DNA of 28,756 nucleotides from a virus (Duplodnaviria; Heunggongvirae; Uroviricota; Caudoviricetes): IMG/VR virus record IMGVR_UViG_2537561604_000016, positions 1 to 28,756 of that record; one strand, 5' to 3'. Shown piece by piece: positions 17,977 to 27,530 of this stretch (position 1 is its first letter; each line of letters starts with the position of its first letter). The notes under the pieces were generated by a model. It saw only the letters and a program-made list of their open reading frames with translations, ran no database searches and was not told where the DNA came from. The position numbers and the translations under genes were made by a program.

Positions 17977-18918
17977 TTAAATGCCATCAACGTACGAAAT
18001 GGTTTCTTTGTACACTGGCTCGACTGCACCCAGCTTGCCGTAGTAGGTCGCAATCTGGTACAAACCGCGATACTGCACCGGCACGCTCTGAAGCGGAACC
18101 AGCGGGTAGCGGACGTATTTTTTATCGTTGGTGTACGCAACCATGCGATCCTTATTCCCCACACCACGGCCTTTCAGCCATTTAACCGCGCGGATATTCA
18201 GCGGAACACCGTTCTGGTGATAGCTGATGGTGTTGGTCTGAAGGTACGTCAACAGGGACTGGTTACCCGCAGATGAAACGATGATGCTGGACAACAGAGC
18301 AAACTGCTCAGGCGGGATCAGCAAATCACGCGGAACCACAGAGTAACCGGAAGCGGCCCACGCATCAGACAGCACCTGGTTAATGCTTGCGCGGATTTCG
18401 TCCGGTGTTGAGGTTGCCCACGTTTTGGCAGCGTTGTTGACAGGAACACCGTTCAGGGTAACAAGGCCTTTCAGGTTTAATGCGGAATCGCCAACATACA
18501 CCTGTTCATCGTTATCCATCTGCCATTTCAGTTGCATCCCGTCATACTTCTGCGTATCGATCGGGCGTCCGACCTGCTGAGCAGCCTGCAATTCTATGAC
18601 CGTCCAGCCAAGTTCCATCCCCCACAGGTTCAGCGGGTTACCGGATTTGCCGATATCCACGTTTACGCCAGCAATAGCGGTTGAGTCTTTGCCTACCCAG
18701 TTTTTGCCATTCGGATTTGCACCAGTACCCGCAGCGGCGAAGCTGGTATTCGTCCAGCTGGAAATGTCATCTGCGATAGAGACATCTTCACGCAACTGAA
18801 TATCGCGGGTCCAGGTGTACCCCACCAGTGGCAGGTTCAGCGTCTGGTCGAGTCGCTCCAGCTCCCCGATGAGAAAGGCACCAGAGCTGTCAACGGTTGC
18901 CTGATCAAAAGTAATCAT
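17977..18918 (-). CDS. Major capsid protein
   Basis: 313-aa ORF in the capsid position (after the scaffold and decoration-like genes), followed by a GC-rich hairpin. Size and composition are typical of major capsid proteins. Confidence 0.6.
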   Translation of the reverse strand: MITFDQATVDSSGAFLIGELERLDQTLNLPLVGYTWTRDIQLREDVSIADDISSWTNTSFAAAGTGANPNGKNWVGKDSTAIAGVNVDIGKSGNPLNLWGMELGWTVIELQAAQQVGRPIDTQKYDGMQLKWQMDNDEQVYVGDSALNLKGLVTLNGVPVNNAAKTWATSTPDEIRASINQVLSDAWAASGYSVVPRDLLIPPEQFALLSSIIVSSAGNQSLLTYLQTNTISYHQNGVPLNIRAVKWLKGRGVGNKDRMVAYTNDKKYVRYPLVPLQSVPVQYRGLYQIATYYGKLGAVEPVYKETISYVDGI

Positions 18919-18929
18919 TCGTCTGTTCC

Positions 18930-19436
18930 TTAAATCTTCCAGGAAATTTCTGCATTGCCGTCAGCATCACCGGCACCTGTGAATTCAGCGTTGGTCAGCA
19001 CCACGTTTTTGCCACTGACTGACGTGGACATGAATCCACCCAGCGGCACTTTGATGGATTCATCAGTGGAGACGACAACGTATACCGGGTCGCCTTTTTT
19101 GATGGTGCTGGCATCAAAATCAGAACCGAGGTTAACGGTCACGTAGCCACGCTTCATGGCGTCGCCCGGGAAGTTCTTGCCACTCCCCACCTGGCGAACC
19201 ATGTCCGGCTGCGACGTGGTAGGATAAGGGCGCACGTAGATCCCCTTCACCTTGTCTGCGGTATCACCATCTGCCAGCGGCACGAAAAAACCGTCATCAT
19301 CGTATTTACCAGCCAGCCCATAGGCAGCGAAGGCGTTATCGGATTTAAGGACCACCGGTTCGACGGTTAAGTCCTGCGGGCGAGAGACAGCCCCGGTAAT
19401 GCCAACAGGCATCCGGTACAGAAATACATTATTCAT
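18930..19436 (-). CDS. Capsid-associated protein (decoration or scaffold-like), hypothetical
   Basis: 168-aa ORF between the scaffold/protease-like gene and the major capsid gene. Confidence 0.4.
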   Translation of the reverse strand: MNNVFLYRMPVGITGAVSRPQDLTVEPVVLKSDNAFAAYGLAGKYDDDGFFVPLADGDTADKVKGIYVRPYPTTSQPDMVRQVGSGKNFPGDAMKRGYVTVNLGSDFDASTIKKGDPVYVVVSTDESIKVPLGGFMSTSVSGKNVVLTNAEFTGAGDADGNAEISWKI

Positions 19437-19439
19437 TTT

Positions 19440-20660
19440 TTACCCTTTACGGTTTGCCCAGAATTCAGCGTTTTGTTTGTTCAGGGAAGCGATACTGGTC
19501 ATGCCCATGTTTAGGCGCTGTGCATCGCCGGTGGTGGCGCGGGTGTTTCGCCCTTTGGCAATTTCAGACACGGCATTAAACGCCATGTCGACCGATTGTT
19601 TCGGTAATTTGCGGATATCCGCATCACCGACTATCTGGCGAACCAGCGTTTTGTCAGCAGAAGCCAGAACCTCACGTTTGAACGCGGTCGGTTTCATCTT
19701 ACGGCTCAGATCGATACCCGGAACGATAACTTCGGCACGCCAGGCTGAGTCACCAGTAATCGTGGTTTCCTCTTCATCGTCCTCGCCGTCACCGGTCGGA
19801 TTATCGTCAGGCTTATTGTCGTTATCGCCCGTCGCATTTCCTTCCAGCTTAGCCAGCAGGGCTTTCAGTAATGTTTTGAGGTCATCATCACTGTCGCCGG
19901 TTGGACCTCCGCCCATCTCTGGTGCTTTGTCCGGTAGCGGTTGCTGCGGGGACAGGTTGATGTTGAGATTAACGCCCTGCGGCAAATCCCCCTCATCTCC
20001 TGTAACCGATGCGGGAGCCGACTCCACCAGTTCGTTCATGGTGTCAGCGTCACCCGTTTTGATGGCCGTGCGCATGCGGGTCCACCAGCTTTTCTTTTGA
20101 TTTGCCATTGTGTCTCTGTCTCCAATTGCACAACGATTTCCGGCTCTGCCTTTAGGGACAAGAGCCACATGGTTTCCGGTAATATCGACCTGCCCGGCTT
20201 TACCTGGCTCGGTCTGCTCGTACTCCGCGTCATAGCCACACGACACTTCACGCAGGCCATCTTCGATAAGCTGAATAGCGCTTTCGTCTTTGACGATAAG
20301 GTCAGCCAGCATCAAATCAGACTGGTTACCAGTCCCGCGCCGCACATTCTGAAGATGCCCGACAGCAAGCTCTTTCCAGTTCTCGGGATTTACCAGCCGC
20401 ACATTCCCGTTTTCATCTTCAGGATGCAGGATCGTGATGCTCATCCCTTCGAATGAGGCGAGCGTGGCCGGATGGAATACCTGCTCAGGAGAACGCGTTA
20501 CGACTATCTCACCGAGCTTGTCGGGTTTGAGGTTTGGCAGATCGGCAGCGCCGTAGAGCTGCTTACCCGTTCGACCTATCGGCACGTCTTTGCACAGCAG
20601 CGAGCCGTCAGCCAGCTGATAGCGGGTTTCCCCCAGCCGGGTATTGAAAAAATATTTCAT
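19440..20660 (-). CDS. Putative scaffolding/prohead protease-type protein
   Basis: 406-aa ORF between head morphogenesis and capsid genes, with a strongly acidic low-complexity region (..GDSDDD..GDNDNKPDDNPTGDGEDDEEE..) typical of scaffold proteins. Confidence 0.45.
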   Translation of the reverse strand: MKYFFNTRLGETRYQLADGSLLCKDVPIGRTGKQLYGAADLPNLKPDKLGEIVVTRSPEQVFHPATLASFEGMSITILHPEDENGNVRLVNPENWKELAVGHLQNVRRGTGNQSDLMLADLIVKDESAIQLIEDGLREVSCGYDAEYEQTEPGKAGQVDITGNHVALVPKGRAGNRCAIGDRDTMANQKKSWWTRMRTAIKTGDADTMNELVESAPASVTGDEGDLPQGVNLNINLSPQQPLPDKAPEMGGGPTGDSDDDLKTLLKALLAKLEGNATGDNDNKPDDNPTGDGEDDEEETTITGDSAWRAEVIVPGIDLSRKMKPTAFKREVLASADKTLVRQIVGDADIRKLPKQSVDMAFNAVSEIAKGRNTRATTGDAQRLNMGMTSIASLNKQNAEFWANRKG

Positions 20661-20674
20661 GGTTTACCTGCGAT

Positions 20675-21448
20675 TCAGGCGAGATAAGAATGAGGGTTGG
20701 GGAAGACGATTTCTTTGTAACAGCGGCAGTTCGGCAGCTCACCAGCGTGACCGGTCATACCGTCAAGCGTTGGAGGTCGGCCCCATTCGACAAACTTACC
20801 TTCCATCTCCCGATGAGAATGCCGGACGTCGCCATCTTCGGCTGTACGCCAGATATAACCATTCGAGCCGATTGACAGCGCACGCGCCTGATCGAGCGCG
20901 CCGGTTGCGCGTCCAAGCTCGGTACGGGCGATAAGGTTCGCTCGTGAGCGTGACACGTCACCGGACGCAGCTATCTCTTTCGCGAATGGCTCAGCGCGGC
21001 CACCAGTCACAACGGCCTCGATGGCTTTGTTCTGAATGTCATACACCCGATCGGCGGCCTCAAGAGGTAGCGATTTGATGTACTTAATCTGCTCGGCAAC
21101 GATGGATTTCATCACCTGGCCTACCGGGGCGCGGTCAACCATGTTGCGCAGCTCTGCACTGATGTTCCGGCTGTGCTGACGCCACTGCTTTTCATTCTGG
21201 CGCGCAATGTCGGCGGTAAAGTTCTCAGCAACCTTCGTCGCCCAGGGGGTGATGATTTCGCTGTAGCGCTCCAGCGCATCCATGATTTCGGTGACGCTAT
21301 CGTTTGAACCATCGTAGCGCCCATTTACGATATCCCCGACCGCCCGCGCTATCTGCCGTAGGCTCGTTCGATATCGGATCTCCGCCTGGCGACTCTGGCG
21401 GGTTGTCGCCAAGTTCGCCGATGCCTGGCGGCGCTTCGTCTTCGGCAT
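20675..21448 (-). CDS. Head morphogenesis protein (Mu gpF / SPP1 gp7 family)
   Basis: 257-aa ORF after the portal with a C-terminal ..PNCRCY.. motif recalled from F-like minor head proteins. ATG at 21448 has GAGGA about 8 nt upstream. Overlaps the portal 3' end by 152 nt in another frame. Confidence 0.6.
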   Translation of the reverse strand: MPKTKRRQASANLATTRQSRQAEIRYRTSLRQIARAVGDIVNGRYDGSNDSVTEIMDALERYSEIITPWATKVAENFTADIARQNEKQWRQHSRNISAELRNMVDRAPVGQVMKSIVAEQIKYIKSLPLEAADRVYDIQNKAIEAVVTGGRAEPFAKEIAASGDVSRSRANLIARTELGRATGALDQARALSIGSNGYIWRTAEDGDVRHSHREMEGKFVEWGRPPTLDGMTGHAGELPNCRCYKEIVFPNPHSYLA

Positions 21449-22766
21449 TCTCTATGTCCTCGTCGGTAATGGATGCCCCGATGCCGGTGACGTCAGAGTT
21501 TTCGCGCAGGTCGGTCATTGCCGCCTTACGCGTCATCAATCCGTCGCCCAGCGCGGTGCTGATCGCGTTGGTGGTGTTTACGGCCACCGTTGAGCGGTCA
21601 ACGTCAGACATTTGCCATAGCGGGTTAAACTCAAACGTGAAATCGTCCGGCAGTGGCTTACCGAGTTCCGAGCGGTGCATAATGTCCAGTATCCGGCGCA
21701 TCGGCAGCCGTAAGCGGCGCTCCTGCAATGAGCTCACCCGGTCGTAATAGTTGGCAAGATCTGCATCACCGGTAGAAAATCCTTTCGGGGACTGTCCGAA
21801 CAACCGCACCAGTGGGATACCAACAGCGCCACTAATCTGTTCTGCAAACTGTGATAGGATGTCATCCAGACCACTGAAGCTGTACTGATGCGTTTCAAAC
21901 TTATCCCGCGAGTCCATGAGCGTCATGCCTTCATTGCTCTGGAACTGTCGAATCAGGTCGATATTCTTCAGCAACGCTTCATACGCAGGACCACCAAGTG
22001 CGATAAGCTCGCGTAGCTTCTCCACGCTGTAGGTACGCAAATGCGCTTTGTAGACCAGCTGCGCCGCGCCGACAGTAGCGCTGTCGAACGCGGTAAGACG
22101 ATCCCAGATACGCTCTACAACCGACATTCCCCATTCGTTCTCGGTCATCTTCTGCTGAAATGGCAGCGTGACGCCATCAAAGCGAATCAGTCGACTGTGA
22201 TGGATGCGCCAGGCTGGAATGCCCGTGGCAGTGGTCACCACGTCGTAAAACTCAGGTTTGCCGAGATCCGGCCCCATCTCTTTAATGCGGCGGGTCAGGA
22301 CCGGGTTAATCATCCAGCGGTCGAGCGGGAGAATGCCCTTAAACTTGCCTTCTCCAATGGTTTCGAGCCGCAGCGGGGTCATTGGTGCCTGCCCCTCGAT
22401 CATGATGAAGCCGACCGCGCCGCCGTAGAGGCGCGACCATTTCAGCACGTCGTTCAGCGCATCCCAGATCTGCAACTCATCCAGCTGCGCTTCCAGGGTG
22501 CCACGGTCTTTGGCGTCAATCTCCGAAGTGATGCGAATGCCTTTCCGGGTCATATCGTCCGGGATAGCGTCGACCGCTTCGCCGATGATCCAGGACGAAC
22601 GATAGGACCATTCCACCAGCATGCGGTTGCGGCTGGTGAAGTTAGCCCGGTAGGTCGATGCTGAGTGCTGGTTAGGCGTCTGTATCCCTACGCGGGCAAT
22701 AAAATTCTCATAACCATCAGCTGTGGCCTGCGCAGTTCGCCGCAGGGCTTGTTTGTTTCGTGCCAT
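21297..22766 (-). CDS. Portal protein
   Basis: 489-aa ORF immediately after the large terminase (TGATG start/stop overlap), with an acidic C-terminal tail. Position-based plus general portal character. Confidence 0.65.
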   Translation of the reverse strand: MARNKQALRRTAQATADGYENFIARVGIQTPNQHSASTYRANFTSRNRMLVEWSYRSSWIIGEAVDAIPDDMTRKGIRITSEIDAKDRGTLEAQLDELQIWDALNDVLKWSRLYGGAVGFIMIEGQAPMTPLRLETIGEGKFKGILPLDRWMINPVLTRRIKEMGPDLGKPEFYDVVTTATGIPAWRIHHSRLIRFDGVTLPFQQKMTENEWGMSVVERIWDRLTAFDSATVGAAQLVYKAHLRTYSVEKLRELIALGGPAYEALLKNIDLIRQFQSNEGMTLMDSRDKFETHQYSFSGLDDILSQFAEQISGAVGIPLVRLFGQSPKGFSTGDADLANYYDRVSSLQERRLRLPMRRILDIMHRSELGKPLPDDFTFEFNPLWQMSDVDRSTVAVNTTNAISTALGDGLMTRKAAMTDLRENSDVTGIGASITDEDIENAEDEAPPGIGELGDNPPESPGGDPISNEPTADSAGGRGYRKWALRWFKR

Positions 22767-24388
22767 CAGGCCTGTCTCCCTAGCAGCTCCCAGATGTTCA
22801 GGGCTGAATTCATTGGGGCATAGTTGATCATCACCGAGTCGGCAAGGTTTGGCGATCGGGTTCCATCAGGCTGTTTATCAATAACGATTTTTCCCACACC
22901 ATTAATGGAATAGGTCGGCTGCGAAAGCTCGATGATGAGTTTATCTTTGAGTGCCATGCTACTGCTGATTGAGATGATTTCGTCCGGGTTGTAAGCCATA
23001 CCTTCAACCACGGCGCGCCAGGTATTCTGAAAAAGTTTACGTAACCGCCACCAGCTCTGGGCTTTGGCGTTAGCGAAGAAGTCCTTGTTCAGACGTGCGG
23101 CTTGCCCGTTGTCCCCGCGAACAGCTTCATCATCCGGATCAAATACCGCGCCACTACCTCGAAACGGTGTGGCGAGTATTGACGGTCGGCGCGCAGCGTT
23201 ACGCAGTTCGTTGATAGCGCGTGCATCGCCGCGAACGCCAGCGCCCAGCCCGTCCTCGTCAAAGCGAAACTCTTCGAGGTTGTCCTGTTCGCAAAAGCCG
23301 AAAACCTTCTCGACGGACTGATAAATGTCGCTGCCCACACCGGACCATTCCCGCACATTCTCCAGGAGGAAGCCATGACGGGTGGAAAAGGCATTTTTGT
23401 CCCTGCCTTCGTCGGCGACATCCATCGCGCCAAGTCGTTTGCCTGTTGGCTGGATCCCCAGTTTGATATGCGCATCAACGGCAGCCTGTACCCATTCGGA
23501 TGGAATCAGGACGCCTTCCGCTGATGCGCTGTAGTTCAGATCAAGTTCCTGTGCCACCACCACCGGATTATCGATTTTCTCGCATTCCCTGCGATACCAC
23601 TCTTCATCCTTGCGAGGATCATCCCGCCAGTGGAATGTGAATACCGGTATCTTCCCGCCATGACGCTTCTGAGCGAACGGGTTCGCCATGCCATTAACTG
23701 AACTCAGGTCAATACGGCAACGCGTCGTTTGTGACAATGCCGCATCAATCAGCAGAGGACGCTGAAGGAATGCAGCCTCATCAACAAGATAAAGCGTGGT
23801 ACGGTCACCACGACCAATATTATCGCCAGCCTCGCCTTTGATAACGGCACCAGTTTCAGGAAACTCAACACGCATATATGGCGCGTGCTTCTTCTCGCTC
23901 CACGAACCGCGAAACTCTACAGGTAGTGTTTCCACGAACTTGCGCGCCTTCCAGAACAATGCTTTCGGGTCACCGGTGCTGTCGACGTATTCCTCTTTAC
24001 GGGAGCCGAAACCGATAACCATTTCTTTGTTGAAGAGACAAAGCGAGCAGGCCAGTCCGATCGCGGTCCAACTGAGCCCCATTTCACGGGATTTTTCGGT
24101 AATACCATTCTCCCGATTGCCCCAGCGTTCCATAATCCAGTGGATCCACTCCTCCTGCTTAGGGAAGAGTAAAAACGGAATGGTCACCGGCAGGCCATAA
24201 TCAATATTACGCGGGTCCGTTGTCATGCCCCAGTCGATGATGAACTGAGCCGGATTGGTTCGGTAAAACTGTTTTAGTGCAGGCAATATTTCAGGATTCT
24301 GGCGAATGCGCTGTAAGCGTTCCATCCGCCATTCAAAAACCATCTGGTAATCAGGATGTTTAAAATCGAAGGGGAATGGTAACGGCAT
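22766..24388 (-). CDS. Terminase large subunit
   Basis: 540-aa ORF with a Walker-B-like hhhhDEAAF motif (LYLVDEAAF) and a C-terminal nuclease-type domain, flanked by the small subunit and portal. Confidence 0.8.
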   Translation of the reverse strand: MPLPFPFDFKHPDYQMVFEWRMERLQRIRQNPEILPALKQFYRTNPAQFIIDWGMTTDPRNIDYGLPVTIPFLLFPKQEEWIHWIMERWGNRENGITEKSREMGLSWTAIGLACSLCLFNKEMVIGFGSRKEEYVDSTGDPKALFWKARKFVETLPVEFRGSWSEKKHAPYMRVEFPETGAVIKGEAGDNIGRGDRTTLYLVDEAAFLQRPLLIDAALSQTTRCRIDLSSVNGMANPFAQKRHGGKIPVFTFHWRDDPRKDEEWYRRECEKIDNPVVVAQELDLNYSASAEGVLIPSEWVQAAVDAHIKLGIQPTGKRLGAMDVADEGRDKNAFSTRHGFLLENVREWSGVGSDIYQSVEKVFGFCEQDNLEEFRFDEDGLGAGVRGDARAINELRNAARRPSILATPFRGSGAVFDPDDEAVRGDNGQAARLNKDFFANAKAQSWWRLRKLFQNTWRAVVEGMAYNPDEIISISSSMALKDKLIIELSQPTYSINGVGKIVIDKQPDGTRSPNLADSVMINYAPMNSALNIWELLGRQA

Positions 24389-24390
24389 AC

Positions 24391-24942
24391 TTAGCCCATC
24401 ATTTTTCTATACGCCTCTGCAGCCTGCTCCGGCGTTAAGTTGGTAATTTCTGTTCTGACTGGTCCTCCATCAGCGCCAGTCACTTCATTTTTGACGTTGT
24501 CTTTAAACACCTGAACAGAAACATGACGCCCAAGCAACTCAAGGTTTTTAACCTTATCAGGCCATTTGATTTTCTTCAGAAGTGCGGCGCTATCTGCGGA
24601 TACCATCTCCACGACATCCATTCCTGATAGCGTTGTGCGCCATACCTTAGGCCAGTCTTTAATGGGCTTTAGCTCACCGTTTTGCAGGAGAATGTCGAGC
24701 ACATCCATCTGGTCGATTTCAATAAGGCGATTAAGTACATATTCTGCATTAATACCAACAAGATCATTGCGTTGCGCTTTCAGTTCAGCGATTCTGAATT
24801 GTATGTCAGGTTTTGACAGGTTTTCGGATGCGGTACGGTTAGCTGTCTTTGCGCTGTACCCCGCCCGAATAGCCGCTTGCGTGGCGTTTAAATCGATGAG
24901 GTACTCGCGACAGAACATTTCTTGCTTGTCGGTGAGTGCCAT
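24391..24942 (-). CDS. Terminase small subunit (P27-type)
   Basis: 183-aa ORF whose N-terminus ([34 protein letters not shown]..) matches the helix-turn-helix N-terminal signature of P27-family small terminases. Immediately upstream of the large subunit. Confidence 0.75.
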   Translation of the reverse strand: MALTDKQEMFCREYLIDLNATQAAIRAGYSAKTANRTASENLSKPDIQFRIAELKAQRNDLVGINAEYVLNRLIEIDQMDVLDILLQNGELKPIKDWPKVWRTTLSGMDVVEMVSADSAALLKKIKWPDKVKNLELLGRHVSVQVFKDNVKNEVTGADGGPVRTEITNLTPEQAAEAYRKMMG

Positions 24943-24961
24943 TGATATACCTGAGGAAATT

Positions 24962-25510
24962 ATGAAGTTAGAAGATTTCGCAGCTTATAACCGCCCTCAA
25001 TCGAAGGTGTCCGATGAGAGGAAATTTCTTGATTACATTCACAGTCGGAACAGATGGGTTGAGTTTATCAAAAGCATCGATAACGCAAAGCCAGTATCAA
25101 TTGCCATGAAAAATTCATTCCATAGTCAATGGGTTGAGTCTGGGGCCTTTATACGTGAAAAGATCAACGACGACTCAATTCTCCTCAAACTATTAACGCT
25201 CTTATTGCCAACATATGATGGTGACAGCCTTGTACTTTATCGGGGGGAAAATAAAGACAGGTTCGATAAAGGGCTCATTGGATTTTGCTGGACAACGGAC
25301 ATTTCAGTCGCCGAGAAGTTTGGTCGTGGATTGAATGCATACAAATCACCAGGTTTGCTGTTAAGAGCTGAAGCTCCAGCCTGTTCTATATTAGCTGGCC
25401 CCAATGCCCACAGTCGTTATCTTGGTGAAAATGAGTTCACGGTTAACCCCTCGCGTCTTTCAAACATAACCGTTATTGAAACCTATCCGGACAACTCTTT
25501 TTTCAAATGA
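24962..25510 (+). CDS. Plus-strand moron; hypothetical protein with a tentative R-S-E-type ADP-ribosyltransferase-like motif set
   Basis: 182-aa ORF divergent from terS, with ATG at 24962 and GAGGA upstream. Lower GC than neighbours by eye. It contains ..LYRGE.., ..CWTTD.. and ..GENEFTV.. (Arg, S/T-T-x, E-x-E-hydrophobic) in the order expected for ART folds. Confidence 0.5.
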   Translation: MKLEDFAAYNRPQSKVSDERKFLDYIHSRNRWVEFIKSIDNAKPVSIAMKNSFHSQWVESGAFIREKINDDSILLKLLTLLLPTYDGDSLVLYRGENKDRFDKGLIGFCWTTDISVAEKFGRGLNAYKSPGLLLRAEAPACSILAGPNAHSRYLGENEFTVNPSRLSNITVIETYPDNSFFK

Positions 25511-25808
25511 TGAATAAATAGATGCCCTATACTTCACCCGCCACTGGTACGCCGTTTCGATGGCCTCCCAGTCCGGTTTTGCCATGAATTTTTCCTCTTA
25601 GTGACATTATCGAAGCCCCTTATCAAAGGAGCTTCTGTAATGTCAGTCCCGAACGAACGTAACCTTCGTGTTTGTCGCTCGCCGTACAAGGCGCGCCGCT
25701 TCGCGTTGCATTTCATCGATAACTTTTGGCGTCATCGGCTGATGCGCATATTTACGTTCAATCTCTGCAAAAATCCCGTTCATCGTTTCGCTGTCTGGTG
25801 GGATAACT

Positions 25809-26084
25809 TTAACGTTTAATCGTGCCATTGGTTTGTGCTGCCCTGTTTTTCTCAAAAGCCCTGATATCAGCCTTATCCCTGTTGCACTGTGCTAACGCTG
25901 ACAACAACGCAACATTCAGGTTAAGGCTAGCTCCCCACGTAAACGGGTCGGGTAAATCTGGCTGGGGTGTTTCATCCGTCAGACTGGCTGGTAACGGAAC
26001 GACCGGCACCGACACGTATACCGTTCGCGTATTCGTGCAACCGCTTAACTGCGCCAGAAGGAACGATACGAACAGCGCAATCAT
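25809..26084 (-). CDS. Rz1-type o-spanin (outer-membrane lipoprotein)
   Basis: Starts at an internal ATG (26084) in the +1 frame of Rz. The N-terminus MIALFVSFLLAQLSGC has a lipobox (LSGC), followed by a Pro-rich region (VPVVPLPASLTDETPQPDLPDP). It extends beyond the end of Rz. Confidence 0.6.
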   Translation of the reverse strand: MIALFVSFLLAQLSGCTNTRTVYVSVPVVPLPASLTDETPQPDLPDPFTWGASLNLNVALLSALAQCNRDKADIRAFEKNRAAQTNGTIKR

Positions 26085-26364
26085 CACCCGAAACAGCCAC
26101 TTTGATATCTTCCTGGGTTCTCTGTGACTCCAGTGCGATCTGCTGTTTTGCATGCTGGTTAGCCTCTATAACTGTATTGATGATTTGCAGAGATTGCAGG
26201 ACGTTACTGGTAATGGCTGTTGCAGATTCAGCATTTCGTACAGCCTCATCAGCACGCTCCTTTTCGTGCTGATATTTGCTGTAGTAATGCCCGGCAGACC
26301 AGATAAAAGAACCGATGACGGTAACAAAGAAGGCAACAATAACCAGCTTATATCTCAGCTTCAT
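25972..26364 (-). CDS. Rz-type i-spanin
   Basis: 130-aa ORF immediately after the endolysin, with an N-terminal TM helix (LVIVAFFVTVIGSFIW) followed by a charged helical region. Confidence 0.7.
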   Translation of the reverse strand: MKLRYKLVIVAFFVTVIGSFIWSAGHYYSKYQHEKERADEAVRNAESATAITSNVLQSLQIINTVIEANQHAKQQIALESQRTQEDIKVAVSGDDCAVRIVPSGAVKRLHEYANGIRVGAGRSVTSQSDG

Positions 26365-26824
26365 TTACCACCCCACCCGCTTCTTTAAATCGGGCAATCA
26401 GGTCACCGATTCTATGTTCATACTGACCGTAACCAGCCCCCGGCAACGAAGCCCAGATATTGCTGCAACGGTCGATTGCCTGACGAATATCGCCGCGGTC
26501 AATCATCGGTAAAGCGCCACGCTCTTTAATCTGCTGCAGCGCTACAGCATCCTGGCTTTCTGGAGAAAAATCTTTCAGGCCAAGTTGCTTGCGGTAGGCA
26601 TCCCACCAGCGTGAAAGAAGCTGGTAGCGACCGGCTGCTGTTGATTTGAGTTTGAGGTTTAGCGTGACAAGTTTGCGAGGGTGATCAGAGTAATCAGTGA
26701 ATAGCTCTCCGCCTACAATGACGTCATAACCATGATTTCTGGTTTTCTGCCGTCCGTTATCAGTTCCCTCCGACCACGCCAGCATATCGAGGAACGCCTT
26801 ACGTTGATTATTGATTTCCACCAT
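26348..26824 (-). CDS. R: Endolysin, lambda R-type lytic transglycosylase
   Basis: 158-aa protein starting [51 protein letters not shown].., essentially the lambda R sequence as I recall it. Confidence 0.9.
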   Translation of the reverse strand: MVEINNQRKAFLDMLAWSEGTDNGRQKTRNHGYDVIVGGELFTDYSDHPRKLVTLNLKLKSTAAGRYQLLSRWWDAYRKQLGLKDFSPESQDAVALQQIKERGALPMIDRGDIRQAIDRCSNIWASLPGAGYGQYEHRIGDLIARFKEAGGVVNEAEI

Positions 26825-27131
26825 CTTCTACTCCGGCTTTTTTAGCAGCGAAGCGTTTGATAAGCGAACCAATCGAGTCAGTACCGATGTAGCCGATGAA
26901 CACGCTCGTTATATAAGCGAGATTGCTACTTAGTCCGGCGAAGTCGAGAAGGTCACGAATGAACCAGGCGATAATGGCGCACATCGTTGCGTCGATTACT
27001 GTTTTTGTAAACGCACCGCCATTATATCTGCCGCGAAGGTACGCCATTGCAAACGCAAGGATTGCCCCGATGCCTTGTTCCTTTGCCGCGAGAATGGCGG
27101 CTAACAGGTCATGTTTTTCTGGCATCTTCAT
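26808..27131 (-). CDS. S: Holin, lambda S-type (class I, dual-start motif)
   Basis: 107-aa protein starting [41 protein letters not shown].., matching lambda S107/S105 including the Met1-Lys2-Met3 dual start. Confidence 0.9.
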   Translation of the reverse strand: MKMPEKHDLLAAILAAKEQGIGAILAFAMAYLRGRYNGGAFTKTVIDATMCAIIAWFIRDLLDFAGLSSNLAYITSVFIGYIGTDSIGSLIKRFAAKKAGVEDGGNQ

Positions 27132-27373
27132 GTCTTACCCACAATAAGGGGATTTGCTCTATTTAATTAGGAATAATGTCGATTACTGATAGAACAAATC
27201 CAAGCTACTGTGTTTAGTAATCAGATTTGTTCGTGACCGATATGCACGGGCAAAACGGCAGGAGGTTGTTAGCGCAGCCTCTTGCCACCCGCTTTCACGA
27301 AGGTCATGCGTAGAATGCCGCAGCGTAACTATCACTGATGAATTCAGGATAGCCAGTGGCTACGGCTCAGTTA

Positions 27374-27449
27374 TGGTGCTGGTTAACGGACTTGAACCGC
27401 TACCCATTCGCTTACAAGGCGACTGCTCTACCATTGGAGCTAAACCAGC
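27374..27449 (-). tRNA. tRNA, anticodon UGU (Thr) by manual folding
   Basis: Reverse complement folds as a cloverleaf: perfect 7-bp acceptor stem GCTGGTT/AACCAGC, D-stem GCTC/GAGC with GG in the D-loop, anticodon loop CTTGTAA (U33, A37), T-loop TTCAAGT, discriminator A and encoded CCA. Confidence 0.55.
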
Positions 27450-27454
27450 ATATT

Positions 27455-27529
27455 TGGCGGGACAGCGTGGACTCGAACCACGATAAGAAGGTTAACAGCC
27501 TTCCGTAATGACCTTTATACGACTGACCC
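27455..27529 (-). tRNA. tRNA, anticodon GUU (Asn) by manual folding; somewhat irregular
   Basis: Reverse complement has a 6/7 acceptor stem (GGGTCAG/CTGTCCC), a 5-bp anticodon stem GAAGG/CCTTC with loop CTGTTAA, T-arm CGTGG-TTCGAGT-CCACG and encoded CCA. The D-arm is imperfect. Confidence 0.45.
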
Positions 27530-27530
27530 A

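Noticed and set aside
7316-23478. Further embedded or antisense ORFs from the six-frame track across the tail, head and terminase genes (for example 7823-8029, 7831-8103, 10091-10696, 12693-13196, 12932-13441, 19399-20100, 19941-20456, 22041-22664, 23089-23478)
   Set aside because: Same reasoning: each is nested in a larger, syntenic structural gene on the other strand or frame, with no independent start signal.
24566-24961. N-terminal 132 codons of the 314-aa plus-strand ORF 24566-25510
   Set aside because: This part is antisense to the small terminase gene. A good SD and ATG at 24962 define the real start of the plus-strand moron.
25534-25716. 60-aa minus-strand ORF (MKCNAKRRALYGERQTRRLR..)
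   Set aside because: Extremely basic, low-complexity translation with no start signals; overlaps other small-ORF candidates; likely non-coding.
27262-27370. Possible third tRNA between the tRNA pair and the holin gene
   Set aside because: A T-loop-like TTCGTGA is present, but I could not build a consistent acceptor or T stem or find an encoded CCA; probably a degenerate remnant or not a tRNA.
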